Source: Hymenobacter sp.
Lineage (GTDB): Bacteria > Bacteroidota > Bacteroidia > Cytophagales > Hymenobacteraceae
NCBI RefSeq assembly: GCF_036387835.1
Contig: NZ_DASVSY010000065.1
Coordinates: forward strand, 12,322-76,321
Direction: 5' to 3'
Length of the DNA stretch: 64,000 bases
Below the pieces are notes generated by a model. It was not told where the DNA came from. It worked only from the letters and a program-made list of their open reading frames with translations, and did no database searches. Both the position numbers and the translations under genes were made by a program. This document shows positions 1 through 8,833 of this stretch, in pieces; position 1 is the first letter of the stretch; each line of letters opens with the position of its first letter.

Positions 1-916
1 CCACGGCCATGTGCAGCACGTGGTCGACCAGGCCCGAGAGCCGCTGCAACTCCTGCTGGGAAATAGCAAGGTAGGTCTGGGTTTTCTGTGGATTCTGCAA
101 AGCCCCGAAGTGCTGCAGAGCCTCCACCGCGGCCGATACCGTGGCCAGGGGAGTCTTCAGCTCGTGGGTCATGTTGTTGATGAAGTCTTCCCGAATTTCA
201 GAGAGCTTTTTCTGCCGCAGAATCGTGGACAGCATCAGTACAAAGCAGGCCGTAGTGATGCCAAGCAAGCCAAGCGAACCGGCTAGCAGGCCCCCCATGC
301 GGCGCAGCGCGTAGGGCCAGGGCGGCTGGAAACTGGCCCGAACAGCAACGCCGGGCAGCGCTGGCAGTGCCACCGGCGGCGTTTGCACAGCGTAGCCCGA
401 CGGCAGCGGCCCGGGATGCAAGCGCTGGTCGGCCACGGTGGCCACGGTATCGAACAGAAAAGCGGCCTCGGCGCCGCGCTGCCGCAGCTCGGCCTGGTAG
501 GCGGTAGCCAGGCGCGTCAGGTTGAGAGTAGGCGAGCTGCCGGCGTTGCGCAGTAAAAACTGCCAAAACGCCTGGGCCACACTGTCTTCCTGGCGGCGGG
601 CAGCGAAGCTGTTGGCGGGGTACCGGCTGCCCACCCGCAGCAGCTGCCGCAGTTGCGTGCGGCCCACCGCATCGAGGCGCTGTATGGGCAGGGCCACCTG
701 ACCGTAAGTTTGGCCGGGCCCGGTGGGTTGAAGCAGGGCCCGGACTTCGGCCAGCTGCTGCTGCTGGGCTACGGCCAGCAGCGCCTCGTGCGCCGTGCGG
801 GTAAACTGCGTGGCGGTTAGCTGATAGGTGGTGTAAAGCCAGTAGGCCTGAAACCCGTTGATGCCGAGCATGCACAAGCTCATCAGCCAGAAGATAATAC
901 GCAGGCGGCTTTTCAT
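1..916 (-). CDS. sensor histidine kinase, N-terminal part (3' end lies beyond the window)
   Basis: Not in the ORF track because there is no stop inside the window. Hand translation of the minus strand from the ATG at 916 stays open to base 1. It reads MKSRLRIIFWLMSLCMLGINGF (TM1), then MGGLLAGSLGLLGITTACFVLMLSTIL (TM2), then LSEIREDFINNMTHELKTPLATVSAAVEAL, a canonical HisKA H-box (His codon at 164-166). Confidence 0.8.
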   Translation of the reverse strand, partial: MKSRLRIIFWLMSLCMLGINGFQAYWLYTTYQLTATQFTRTAHEALLAVAQQQQLAEVRALLQPTGPGQTYGQVALPIQRLDAVGRTQLRQLLRVGSRYPANSFAARRQEDSVAQAFWQFLLRNAGSSPTLNLTRLATAYQAELRQRGAEAAFLFDTVATVADQRLHPGPLPSGYAVQTPPVALPALPGVAVRASFQPPWPYALRRMGGLLAGSLGLLGITTACFVLMLSTILRQKKLSEIREDFINNMTHELKTPLATVSAAVEALQHFGALQNPQKTQTYLAISQQELQRLSGLVDHVLHMAV

Positions 917-1090
917 AAACGAGGGGGCAGCGGATGGGCAGGAATCGAAAGTAAGGGGCTACTGCTACCCGATCAAGCCATTAACAATCATTAACACAAA
1001 ATAACAGTCGTTTACATCCCGCTGGCGGTCCTTTGCCAACGCAGCCTCAATCCGGCTGCCCATGCTTGGCGTGGTTTTCTGCTGTTTGGT

Positions 1091-4090
1091 ATGCGTTTGT
1101 ATTCACGTTGGAATAATCTGGTGGGCTGGGTGGTGTTTGCGGTGGCGGCCGTGGTGTACCTACTCACGCTAGAGCCCACCGCCTCGTTCTGGGACTGCGG
1201 CGAGTTCATTGCTTGTGCCTATAAGCTGCTCGTACCGCATCCGCCCGGCGCCCCCACCTTCCTGCTGCTCGGCCGGGTGTTGTCGCTGCTCTCGTTCGGC
1301 GATACCAGCAAAGTAGCTGTGCTGGTGAATACGCTCTCGGCCTTGAGTAGCGCGTTTGCGGTCTTGTTTCTGTTTTGGAGCATTACGCTGCTGGCGAGCA
1401 AGCTGGTGCTGGCTGGTGCCAGCCATCCCGAGCACGCTCGGCCCGCTCCTACCCGCGGGCAGGCGCTGCATATTCTGGGGGCGGGCGTGGTAGGGGCGCT
1501 GGCTTTCGCCTTCTCCGATTCGTTCTGGTTTAATGCCGAAGAAGCCGAGGTGTACGCCATGTCGGCTTTGTGCACGGCCACGGTGGTGTGGCTGATGCTG
1601 AAGTGGAGCAACCGGGCCCACGAGCCCGACAGCGACAAGTGGCTGGTACTGATTGCCTATGTTATTGGTTTGAGCATTGGGGTGCACCTGCTCAACTTGG
1701 TGGCAATTCCGGCGCTGGGCCTGCTCTACTACCATCGTCGCCAGGCGGTGCCTACGTGGCGGGGCAGCGTGCTGACTTTGCTTGTTAGCAGCCTGTTGGT
1801 GGGCGTGGTGCTGGTGGGTATCATTCCGGGGCTGCCGACGCTGGCTAGTGGCTTCGAGGTGTTCGTGGTCAATTCCTTGGGCTTGCCGTTCAACTCGGGG
1901 CTGATTGCTTTTGTGCTGCTCGGACTGGGCTTGGTGTATCTGGGATTTCGACAGTCGTACCGGCGCGGTTCGCGGCTCTTGAACACGGCTATGCTGTGTT
2001 TGGTGTTCATCCTCATTGGCTACTCGTCTTACCTCATTGTACCGATTCGCAGCTCGTATCTGCCCACCATCAACCAGAACGCGCCCCGCGACGTGCTCAA
2101 TTTTGTGAGCTACCTCAAGCGCGAGCAGTACGGCTCCCGGCCCTTGCTATACGGTCCGCACGTTTTTGCGCAGCCTATTGCCCAGCAAGATGTCGGCCCC
2201 CGCTACGTGCGCGGCACCGATAAGTACGTGGTGGCCGAGCAGCGGCAGGAGCTGGTGTACCGCGACGAAGACAAGATGCTGCTGCCCCGCATCTACGCTG
2301 ATGGCAGCAGCACCGTGGCGCAGCGCACCGCCTCGTACCAGCAATGGGTGGACATTCAGGAAGGCGTGAAGCCCACGATGGGCCAGAATCTGAGTTTTCT
2401 GTTCCGCTACCAGATGGGCCACATGTTCTGGCGCTACTTCTTGTGGAACTACGTAGGCCGCGAAAGCGACGTGCAGCACGCGGGCGTGCTCTGGCCCACT
2501 ACCAGCCAGGAAAACCTGCCCGACCGGGTGACTACCAGCAAAGCCCACAATAACTTTCTGGCCCTGCCCCTGCTGCTAGGCTTGCTGGGTTTGGTGTATC
2601 AGGTGCGCCGCGACTCAAAGAACGCGCTGGTGGTGGGTTTGCTGTTTCTGTTCACGGGTCTGGCCATTATCGTGTACCTCAACCAGCCGCCCGTCGAGCC
2701 GCGGGAGCGGGACTACACCTTCACCGGCGCCACCTACGCCTTCGCCATCTGGATAGGCTTGGGGGTATTGGCGCTGGCCGAGGGGTTGCAGCGAGTGATA
2801 AAGGCTGATGCCGTTCGGGCCACTGGGGCGCTGCTGCTGGGCTTGGTGGTACCGGGCATTATGCTGGCGCAGGGCTGGGACGACCACAACCGGTCCAACC
2901 GGTTTAGCTCGGTCGATTCCGCCAAAAACCTGCTGAACTCCTGCGCGCCCAACGCCATCCTGTTCACCAACGGCGACAACGATACCTTTCCGCTCTGGTA
3001 CGCGCAGGAAGTGGAAGGCATACGCACCGACGTGCGGGTGGCCGTGCTTAGCTACCTGAACACCGACTGGTACGTGGAGCAGATGCGAAACCGCGCCTAT
3101 AAGTCGCAGCCGCTGCCTATCTCGCTGCCGACCGACCGGTACGCGCAGGGCACCAACGACTATCTGCCCTACACCGAAAACCCCAACGTACGTGCGGTCA
3201 ACTTAAAGGACTTCATGCAGTTGGTAGGTGAAAACAGCGACTTGCTCAAGGTCAGCTACGGCGACGGGGGCCCCACGCTGCTTTCGTTTCCTTCCCCTAA
3301 ATTCTACTTGCCCGTTGATACGGCGGCCGTCAAACGACTCGGAATCATTCCGGCCGACCGCCAACACCAACTCGTATCCCGCATGGAGTTCAACCTGGGC
3401 AAGGGTGCTATGGAGAAGCGCAGCCTGTTCGTGCTCGATGTTCTGGCTACCAATCAGTGGAAACGGCCCGTGTACTTTGCCACCAGCGTTGCGCGGCAGG
3501 AAGACCACCTGGGCCTGGAACCTTATTTTCAGCTGGAAGGCTTAGCCTGGCGCGTTCTGCCGCTAAAGGATCCGGCGTATGACCCGCGTGGGGAAGCGGG
3601 ATACGTGGAGAAAGACCTGCTCTACCGCCGGCTGATGCAGCAATTCGCGTACCGCAGCTTAAACGACCCTAGGGTTTTCCACGACGAGAACAGCTTGATG
3701 TTCCCGGCCAACTACCGCGACAAGTTCGCCCGCCTGGCCAACGCCTACCTCGCCACCGGCGACACCACCGCCGCCAAGAACCTTGCCGATAAGTGCTTGG
3801 CCGTGATGCCCGACCAGGCTATTCCGTACGACTATTACACCCCTCAACTGGTGCCGGCCTTGGTGGCAGGCGGGGAACGAAGCCGGGCCAACCGCCTGAT
3901 GGATCTGCTGCTCGACCGAAGCCGGCGCAGCATCATCTACTACAGTTCGCTTCCCAATAACATCTTCGAACGCGAACTAAGTCAGCACCTCGCCACTGCC
4001 CAGCAAATCTACCTGGTGGCGCAGCAAATTGGCGACCAAGCGCGGGCCAATCAGGCGTATGAATTACTGCGGCCCTATCTGCGGCAATAA
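1091..4090 (+). CDS. DUF2723 family large integral membrane protein (GT-C-like)
   Basis: 999-aa ORF with an ATG start. The N-terminus WNNLVGWVVFAVAAVVYLLTLEPTASFWDCGEFIACAYKLLVPHPPGAP, many TM helices and a long soluble C-terminal half match the Bacteroidota DUF2723 family as I remember it. Confidence 0.8.
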   Translation: MRLYSRWNNLVGWVVFAVAAVVYLLTLEPTASFWDCGEFIACAYKLLVPHPPGAPTFLLLGRVLSLLSFGDTSKVAVLVNTLSALSSAFAVLFLFWSITLLASKLVLAGASHPEHARPAPTRGQALHILGAGVVGALAFAFSDSFWFNAEEAEVYAMSALCTATVVWLMLKWSNRAHEPDSDKWLVLIAYVIGLSIGVHLLNLVAIPALGLLYYHRRQAVPTWRGSVLTLLVSSLLVGVVLVGIIPGLPTLASGFEVFVVNSLGLPFNSGLIAFVLLGLGLVYLGFRQSYRRGSRLLNTAMLCLVFILIGYSSYLIVPIRSSYLPTINQNAPRDVLNFVSYLKREQYGSRPLLYGPHVFAQPIAQQDVGPRYVRGTDKYVVAEQRQELVYRDEDKMLLPRIYADGSSTVAQRTASYQQWVDIQEGVKPTMGQNLSFLFRYQMGHMFWRYFLWNYVGRESDVQHAGVLWPTTSQENLPDRVTTSKAHNNFLALPLLLGLLGLVYQVRRDSKNALVVGLLFLFTGLAIIVYLNQPPVEPRERDYTFTGATYAFAIWIGLGVLALAEGLQRVIKADAVRATGALLLGLVVPGIMLAQGWDDHNRSNRFSSVDSAKNLLNSCAPNAILFTNGDNDTFPLWYAQEVEGIRTDVRVAVLSYLNTDWYVEQMRNRAYKSQPLPISLPTDRYAQGTNDYLPYTENPNVRAVNLKDFMQLVGENSDLLKVSYGDGGPTLLSFPSPKFYLPVDTAAVKRLGIIPADRQHQLVSRMEFNLGKGAMEKRSLFVLDVLATNQWKRPVYFATSVARQEDHLGLEPYFQLEGLAWRVLPLKDPAYDPRGEAGYVEKDLLYRRLMQQFAYRSLNDPRVFHDENSLMFPANYRDKFARLANAYLATGDTTAAKNLADKCLAVMPDQAIPYDYYTPQLVPALVAGGERSRANRLMDLLLDRSRRSIIYYSSLPNNIFERELSQHLATAQQIYLVAQQIGDQARANQAYELLRPYLRQ

Positions 4091-4193
4091 GGCCGTGTGA
4101 GCGGAAATCACCACCTTCCTCGATATCCTCTCGAAAAAGAGTAACGCTTTTCAACTGCTGAGTTAAGACGTATGCTCTGGCCGTCAGAGCTGC

Positions 4194-4250
4194 TTTCACG
4201 CAGGGATTCGCAGTGGTTCCTTGAATGACACTGCGAATCCCTGCGTGAAA
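4194..4250 (+). terminator. long perfect hairpin downstream of the DUF2723 gene (putative terminator)
   Basis: 22-bp perfect arms TTTCACGCAGGGATTCGCAGTG / CACTGCGAATCCCTGCGTGAAA with a 13-nt loop, about 100 nt after the stop at 4090. There is no obvious U-tract. Confidence 0.5.
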
Positions 4251-4488
4251 GATTTCACTTAGCGTAAGTCTTCGTTTTGTGCGCCACAGATAAGGAGTAT
4301 CCGCGTAAGACTAAAGGCGTGCTGCAGTCCATCAGAGCGCTAGCGGCTAGAAGTGAAAGGACGTGTCGCCGGGAGAGTACAGGAAACTTTAGAAGTTAAG
4401 AAAACGCTACTTTAAAGTCTGCGTTGACCGTAAAGCTTCCTACTCCCTGCGGGCACGTCCTTTTCCTTTTCTGCAATACACCGTCTCT

Positions 4489-5157
4489 ATGTCCGAGCGT
4501 TCCCCTTCCAGCCTCGTTATTCAAGCCATTTTACGCCAGCAGGTGGTACCCGTTTTCCACCACGACGATGCCGCCTACGCGCAGCAAATCGTTGATACTT
4601 GCTATCAGGCGGGTATTCGGGTCTTTGAGTTTGCCAACCGCGGTACCAATGCTTTTGCGGTGTTCACGAAGTTGCGTGAATACGTAAGTGCCCGCTACCC
4701 TGATCTGTTGCTTGGGAGCGGCACTATCTACAACGCCAAGGAAGCAGAAGTCTTCCTGGAAGCGGGAGCCGACTTTATAGTGCAACCCATTACCACCGCC
4801 GACGTGGCCGCCGTTTGCCGCCACCACGACGTGCCCTGGATTCCGAGCGCCCTTACTCCCAACGAAATTTTTCACGCCACGCGGTTGGGGGCGGCACTGG
4901 TCAAGATATTCCCTGGCAGCATTGTAGGGCCTGATTACGTGCGGGCCGTGCTGGCCCCAATGCCCAACGTTAAGGTTATGGTGACGGGAGGAGTAGAACC
5001 CACCGAGGAAAGCTTGCGTGCTTGGTTTGAGGCTGGCGTAAGCGTGGTGGGCATGGGCTCTAAGCTGTTCATCGACGGTGAGGATCAGGCCGCATTAGGC
5101 GCCCGTATTGCGCAGGTCGTGCAGCTAGCCGCAACATATCAGCAGAACCGGAGTTGA
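4489..5157 (+). CDS. eda: 2-dehydro-3-deoxyphosphogluconate / 4-hydroxy-2-oxoglutarate aldolase
   Basis: 222 aa with an ATG start. VFEFANRGTNA, GSGTIYNAKEAEVFLEAGADFIVQP, IPSALTPNEIFHATRLGAALVKIFPG and MVTGGV are typical KDPG-aldolase blocks. Confidence 0.8.
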   Translation: MSERSPSSLVIQAILRQQVVPVFHHDDAAYAQQIVDTCYQAGIRVFEFANRGTNAFAVFTKLREYVSARYPDLLLGSGTIYNAKEAEVFLEAGADFIVQPITTADVAAVCRHHDVPWIPSALTPNEIFHATRLGAALVKIFPGSIVGPDYVRAVLAPMPNVKVMVTGGVEPTEESLRAWFEAGVSVVGMGSKLFIDGEDQAALGARIAQVVQLAATYQQNRS

Positions 5158-5395
5158 CCGGGTGCAAGCCGGTTGAACGGGAAACATGGATGGCACGTTT
5201 GTCGCTCCCCCCACCTGGTGCACGACATAGCAAAGCCGCGGCATCGACCTTGAATTCTGGCCTTAGCAATCAGGAATTGGTTCTCTCTGTCCTTGTTGCG
5301 CATCAGGCAAAAGAAGGGAACGAGGCAAACGCAGAGGAAGACGTTCATCGTGCAACATCTTCTTGTAACTTGGGCGGCCCAATCTTCGCTTGCCT

Positions 5396-5821
5396 ATGAA
5401 AACCAGCCTTCGATTTCGCCACTGGACCGCGCCCCACACCAGAGGGTGTATGTGCTACAACCTGACCGTGGGCGACACCATCGAATATGAAGGACAGCCC
5501 TATCAGGTGACAACTCAGGACTTGAAAGACTACCGCGCCAAGCGCAAGTACCGGCTGATGCTAGCCAGCGGCGTGTTCGATCAGCAAGGCCAGGAATTGT
5601 ACGAGGCCGACATCGTGCAAGTATTTCAGCGGGGCAGCAGCAGCATTTCTTACTTCGCTTACGTGGTGTGGGATGCCGCGCGAGGCTTTCTTTACCGAAA
5701 TGCGCAGGACCTGCCGCTCACAGCAGACTGCTCCACGCTGGTATGGACAAATTTCTATGCCCAACCCCACTGGGTAGACCAGTTCGGCTACCACCGAAAC
5801 TTCATTCGGGAGCACTGGTAG
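5396..5821 (+). CDS. hypothetical protein, YopX-like (phage-derived?)
   Basis: The track ORF 5390-5821 starts at TTG; the first ATG is at 5396. LRFRHW near the N-terminus and DQQGQELYEADIVQV resemble the (K/R)FRAWD and D.NGKEIYEGDIV motifs of YopX-family proteins. Confidence 0.45.
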   Translation: MKTSLRFRHWTAPHTRGCMCYNLTVGDTIEYEGQPYQVTTQDLKDYRAKRKYRLMLASGVFDQQGQELYEADIVQVFQRGSSSISYFAYVVWDAARGFLYRNAQDLPLTADCSTLVWTNFYAQPHWVDQFGYHRNFIREHW

Positions 5822-6219
5822 CGCTTAGCACTAGGGGTTTGTCAGGGCTTCGTATTCCCGAGCAGACAGCCTGCTTCCAACCACTATTCGCTGGTCTGGC
5901 TCATGTGGTTGAAGTTATATTCAACAGCATTTACGCAAGAATTATTTAGATTGCCACAGCATCCGCTAAAACGATTTAGCGAGTCTTATACTTTACTGCT
6001 ATTTCAGTTCATGCCGGATGGAGCGCCTCTTCGCATACGGTTCGCTTTCAGCGCAGTCGGGCCAGCATTCCAACCTAGCTCACTTAGAAACACATAGGCT
6101 GTCTAAAGCGGCCACGAGCTTTATATAAACGCTGGAGCTTGATTTAAACTTGTCTTTCGCTTTATGTTCGGCCACGCCCGGCAGCTTACTCGCTCTTCCT
6201 ACCAAATCCCACCCTTGAA

Positions 6220-8637
6220 ATGCCTACGAAACTTCTACCTCCTAGCTCGGGTGTTATCAGATGGCTGGTTTTTATTGCCCTGTGCTTGCCTGGCGCCCGC
6301 ATAAGTCAGGCTGCCGTGGTTTCCTACAGCCAAAGTGGTGATAAGGTCACGTTTAAGCTCGACAAGGGGCTGATGAGCGTGCGCCTGTGCAAATCCGACG
6401 TGGTGCAGGTGCAATACACGGTGTTGGCCGCATTCCCACAGAAAACCTCCCTGGTAGTCAACAACCCCTGGACCGAGAAGACATCGTTCAAGGTGGAGGA
6501 CAAGAACGGGCGCATCACCATCACCACCGCCAAGCTGAAGGTGCTGGTTGATAAAGCCACCAATGCCCTCACGTACACCAACCTCAACGGCACCGTTATT
6601 ACGGCGGAGGCAGCGAGCAACAAGAAGATGAAAGCAGCCACCATTGCGGGCATTCAGACCTACAAGTGCGAAACGCAGTTCAAGTCGCCCGCCGATGAGG
6701 GCTTGTTTGGGCTAGGCTGTCACCCCGAAGATTCGTTGTCGATCAACTACAAGGGCCGCAACCAGGACATGCTCATCAAGTACCTGACCGGGGCTATTCC
6801 GGTGCTGTTGTCGACCAAGGGGTATGGCCTGCTCTGGGACAACTACTCGGCGTCCAACTTTTACGGGTCCGAGGCCAACAAAACCGAGTTTAAGTACGTG
6901 TCGGAGAGCGGGCAGCTGGTGGATTACTACTTTTTCTACGGTCCCGAATTCGACCGGATTATTGACCTGTACCGGACGGCCACGGGCAAGGCCCCGATGT
7001 ACCCGAAATGGGCGTTTGGGCTGTTTCAGTCGCAGGACCGGTACAAAACGCAGGCGGAGGTGCTGGCGGTGAAGGATGGGTACCGCCGAAACCACATTCC
7101 GGTGGACGTGATTGTGCAGGACTGGTTTTACTGGGAGCCGCTGCCCATTGGCTCGCACATCATGAACCCCACGCGCTACCCCAACCCCAAGGCCATGGTG
7201 GAGGAGCTGCACCAGGCCAACCTGCACGCCATGATTTCGATCTGGCCGGTGTTCGGCAAGAACACCACCAACTTCGAGGCCATGCAGAAAGCCGGCAACC
7301 TAACCAGCATCACCTGGGACAACTTCGTTACCAAAACCTTCGACACGTACTACGACGCCCACAGCCCCAAGGCCCGCGACATGTACTGGCAGCAAGCCCG
7401 CGACAGCCTGGTGAAGAAAGGCAACTGGGACGCCTGGTGGGTGGACCAGTGTGAGCCCGACAACGGTGCCTTGCTCGACGAGCGGCGCAAGGCGGTGTTT
7501 GCTACCGGCAAAGGCATCGACTATTTCAACAGCTACTCGCTCGAGCACACCAAGGGCCTCTACAAAGGCTGGCGCGCCGATATGGGCGACAAGCGCCCGT
7601 ATTTCCTGGTGCGGCAGGCCTTCGCTGGCCAGCAGCGCAACGCCACCACGCTGTGGTCGTCGGACATTACGAGTACGTTCCAATCGTTGCGCAACCAGGT
7701 GCCGCAGGGCCTCAACGCCTGCGTGTCGGGCATTCCGTACTGGACCTCGGATATTGGGGGCTACAAGTCCAACACCGCGCCGGAGGGTATTCCGAACTGG
7801 AAAGACCCGCAGGCCCGGGAGCTGTTTACGCGCTGGTTTCAGTTCGGCACGTTCAGCCCGATATTCCGCATTCACGGCAAAGGCGAGCGGGCCTTGTTTT
7901 CCGACAATTGGGACGCGCCCACCAAAGCCATTCTGCTGAAATACGACCAGCTGCGCTACCGTTTGCTGCCCTACATCTACTCGTTGGCCGGCCGCGTGAC
8001 CCGCGAAAACTACACCTTCATGCGGGCCCTGGCTTTCGACTTCCGCAAAGACCCCAAGGTGTACAGCATCCCCGACCAGTACATGTTCGGCTCGGCATTT
8101 CTGGTGAACCCCGTGACGCAGCAACTGTACACGGGCTCGAAGGCGGCGGCCAAGGTCAGTACCCGCAAGGTGTATTTGCCGGCCAACACCAAGTGGTATG
8201 ACTTCTGGACTGGCGAAACCCTGAACGGCGGCCAAACCATTGATGCCGCCGCGCCCATCGACATCATGCCGCTGTACGTGCGGGCAGGCGCTATCATCCC
8301 GATGGGCCCCAACGTGGAGTACGCCACGCAGCCCACTACCGCGCCCCTGGAGCTGCGCATCTACCCCGGTGCTGATGGCGAATTCACGTTCTACGAAGAT
8401 GAAAACGATAATTATAATTACGAGAAAGGCAGCTTCTCCACCTTTAAATTCCGCTGGAACGACAAGCTGCGGCAGTTCACCATCACCGACCGAAACGGCA
8501 AGTTTGCGGGCATGCAAGCCAGCCGCACGTTCAACGTGGTGCTGGTGAAGCCCGGCAACGGGTCGGACGTAGCGGCCGCCGGCAAACCCGATAAGACGGT
8601 GGTGTACGCCGGCCAGGCAACCACCGTCAAATTCTAA
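6220..8637 (+). CDS. glycoside hydrolase family 31 (alpha-glucosidase/alpha-xylosidase type), secreted
   Basis: 805 aa with a signal peptide. KWAFGLFQSQDRYKTQAEVLAVKDGYRRNHIPVDVIVQDWFYW, WWVDQCEPD and IPYWTSDIGGY are GH31 catalytic-domain signatures. Confidence 0.85.
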   Translation: MPTKLLPPSSGVIRWLVFIALCLPGARISQAAVVSYSQSGDKVTFKLDKGLMSVRLCKSDVVQVQYTVLAAFPQKTSLVVNNPWTEKTSFKVEDKNGRITITTAKLKVLVDKATNALTYTNLNGTVITAEAASNKKMKAATIAGIQTYKCETQFKSPADEGLFGLGCHPEDSLSINYKGRNQDMLIKYLTGAIPVLLSTKGYGLLWDNYSASNFYGSEANKTEFKYVSESGQLVDYYFFYGPEFDRIIDLYRTATGKAPMYPKWAFGLFQSQDRYKTQAEVLAVKDGYRRNHIPVDVIVQDWFYWEPLPIGSHIMNPTRYPNPKAMVEELHQANLHAMISIWPVFGKNTTNFEAMQKAGNLTSITWDNFVTKTFDTYYDAHSPKARDMYWQQARDSLVKKGNWDAWWVDQCEPDNGALLDERRKAVFATGKGIDYFNSYSLEHTKGLYKGWRADMGDKRPYFLVRQAFAGQQRNATTLWSSDITSTFQSLRNQVPQGLNACVSGIPYWTSDIGGYKSNTAPEGIPNWKDPQARELFTRWFQFGTFSPIFRIHGKGERALFSDNWDAPTKAILLKYDQLRYRLLPYIYSLAGRVTRENYTFMRALAFDFRKDPKVYSIPDQYMFGSAFLVNPVTQQLYTGSKAAAKVSTRKVYLPANTKWYDFWTGETLNGGQTIDAAAPIDIMPLYVRAGAIIPMGPNVEYATQPTTAPLELRIYPGADGEFTFYEDENDNYNYEKGSFSTFKFRWNDKLRQFTITDRNGKFAGMQASRTFNVVLVKPGNGSDVAAAGKPDKTVVYAGQATTVKF

Positions 8638-8833
8638 ACTTTTTTCTTCCCTGAAAACCTATTGAATAAGGTTTCATGCTAAGCGCACCTACCCTGCTAA
8701 GCTGATTTTCAAACGTGAGGCCGAAGCGTTAGCGGTGCTTCGCTCGGCATGATAAACCGGTTTCGATAGAACATTTTTCCAAATAACCTACCTCACTCCC
8801 ATTTTCTCATCCCCCCGAACTACTTGCCCCAAA

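Noticed and set aside
198-875. 225-aa minus-strand ORF in the track
   Set aside because: It is out of frame with the real histidine-kinase reading frame (916->1), which carries the HisKA H-box. Its translation is Ala/Arg/Pro-rich, typical of an off-frame ORF in GC-rich coding DNA.
7300-8517. 405-aa ORF antisense to the GH31 gene
   Set aside because: It is a long stop-free antisense frame in a GC-rich gene, with an Arg/Gly/Val/His-rich low-complexity translation and no motif. The sense strand has clear GH31 signatures.
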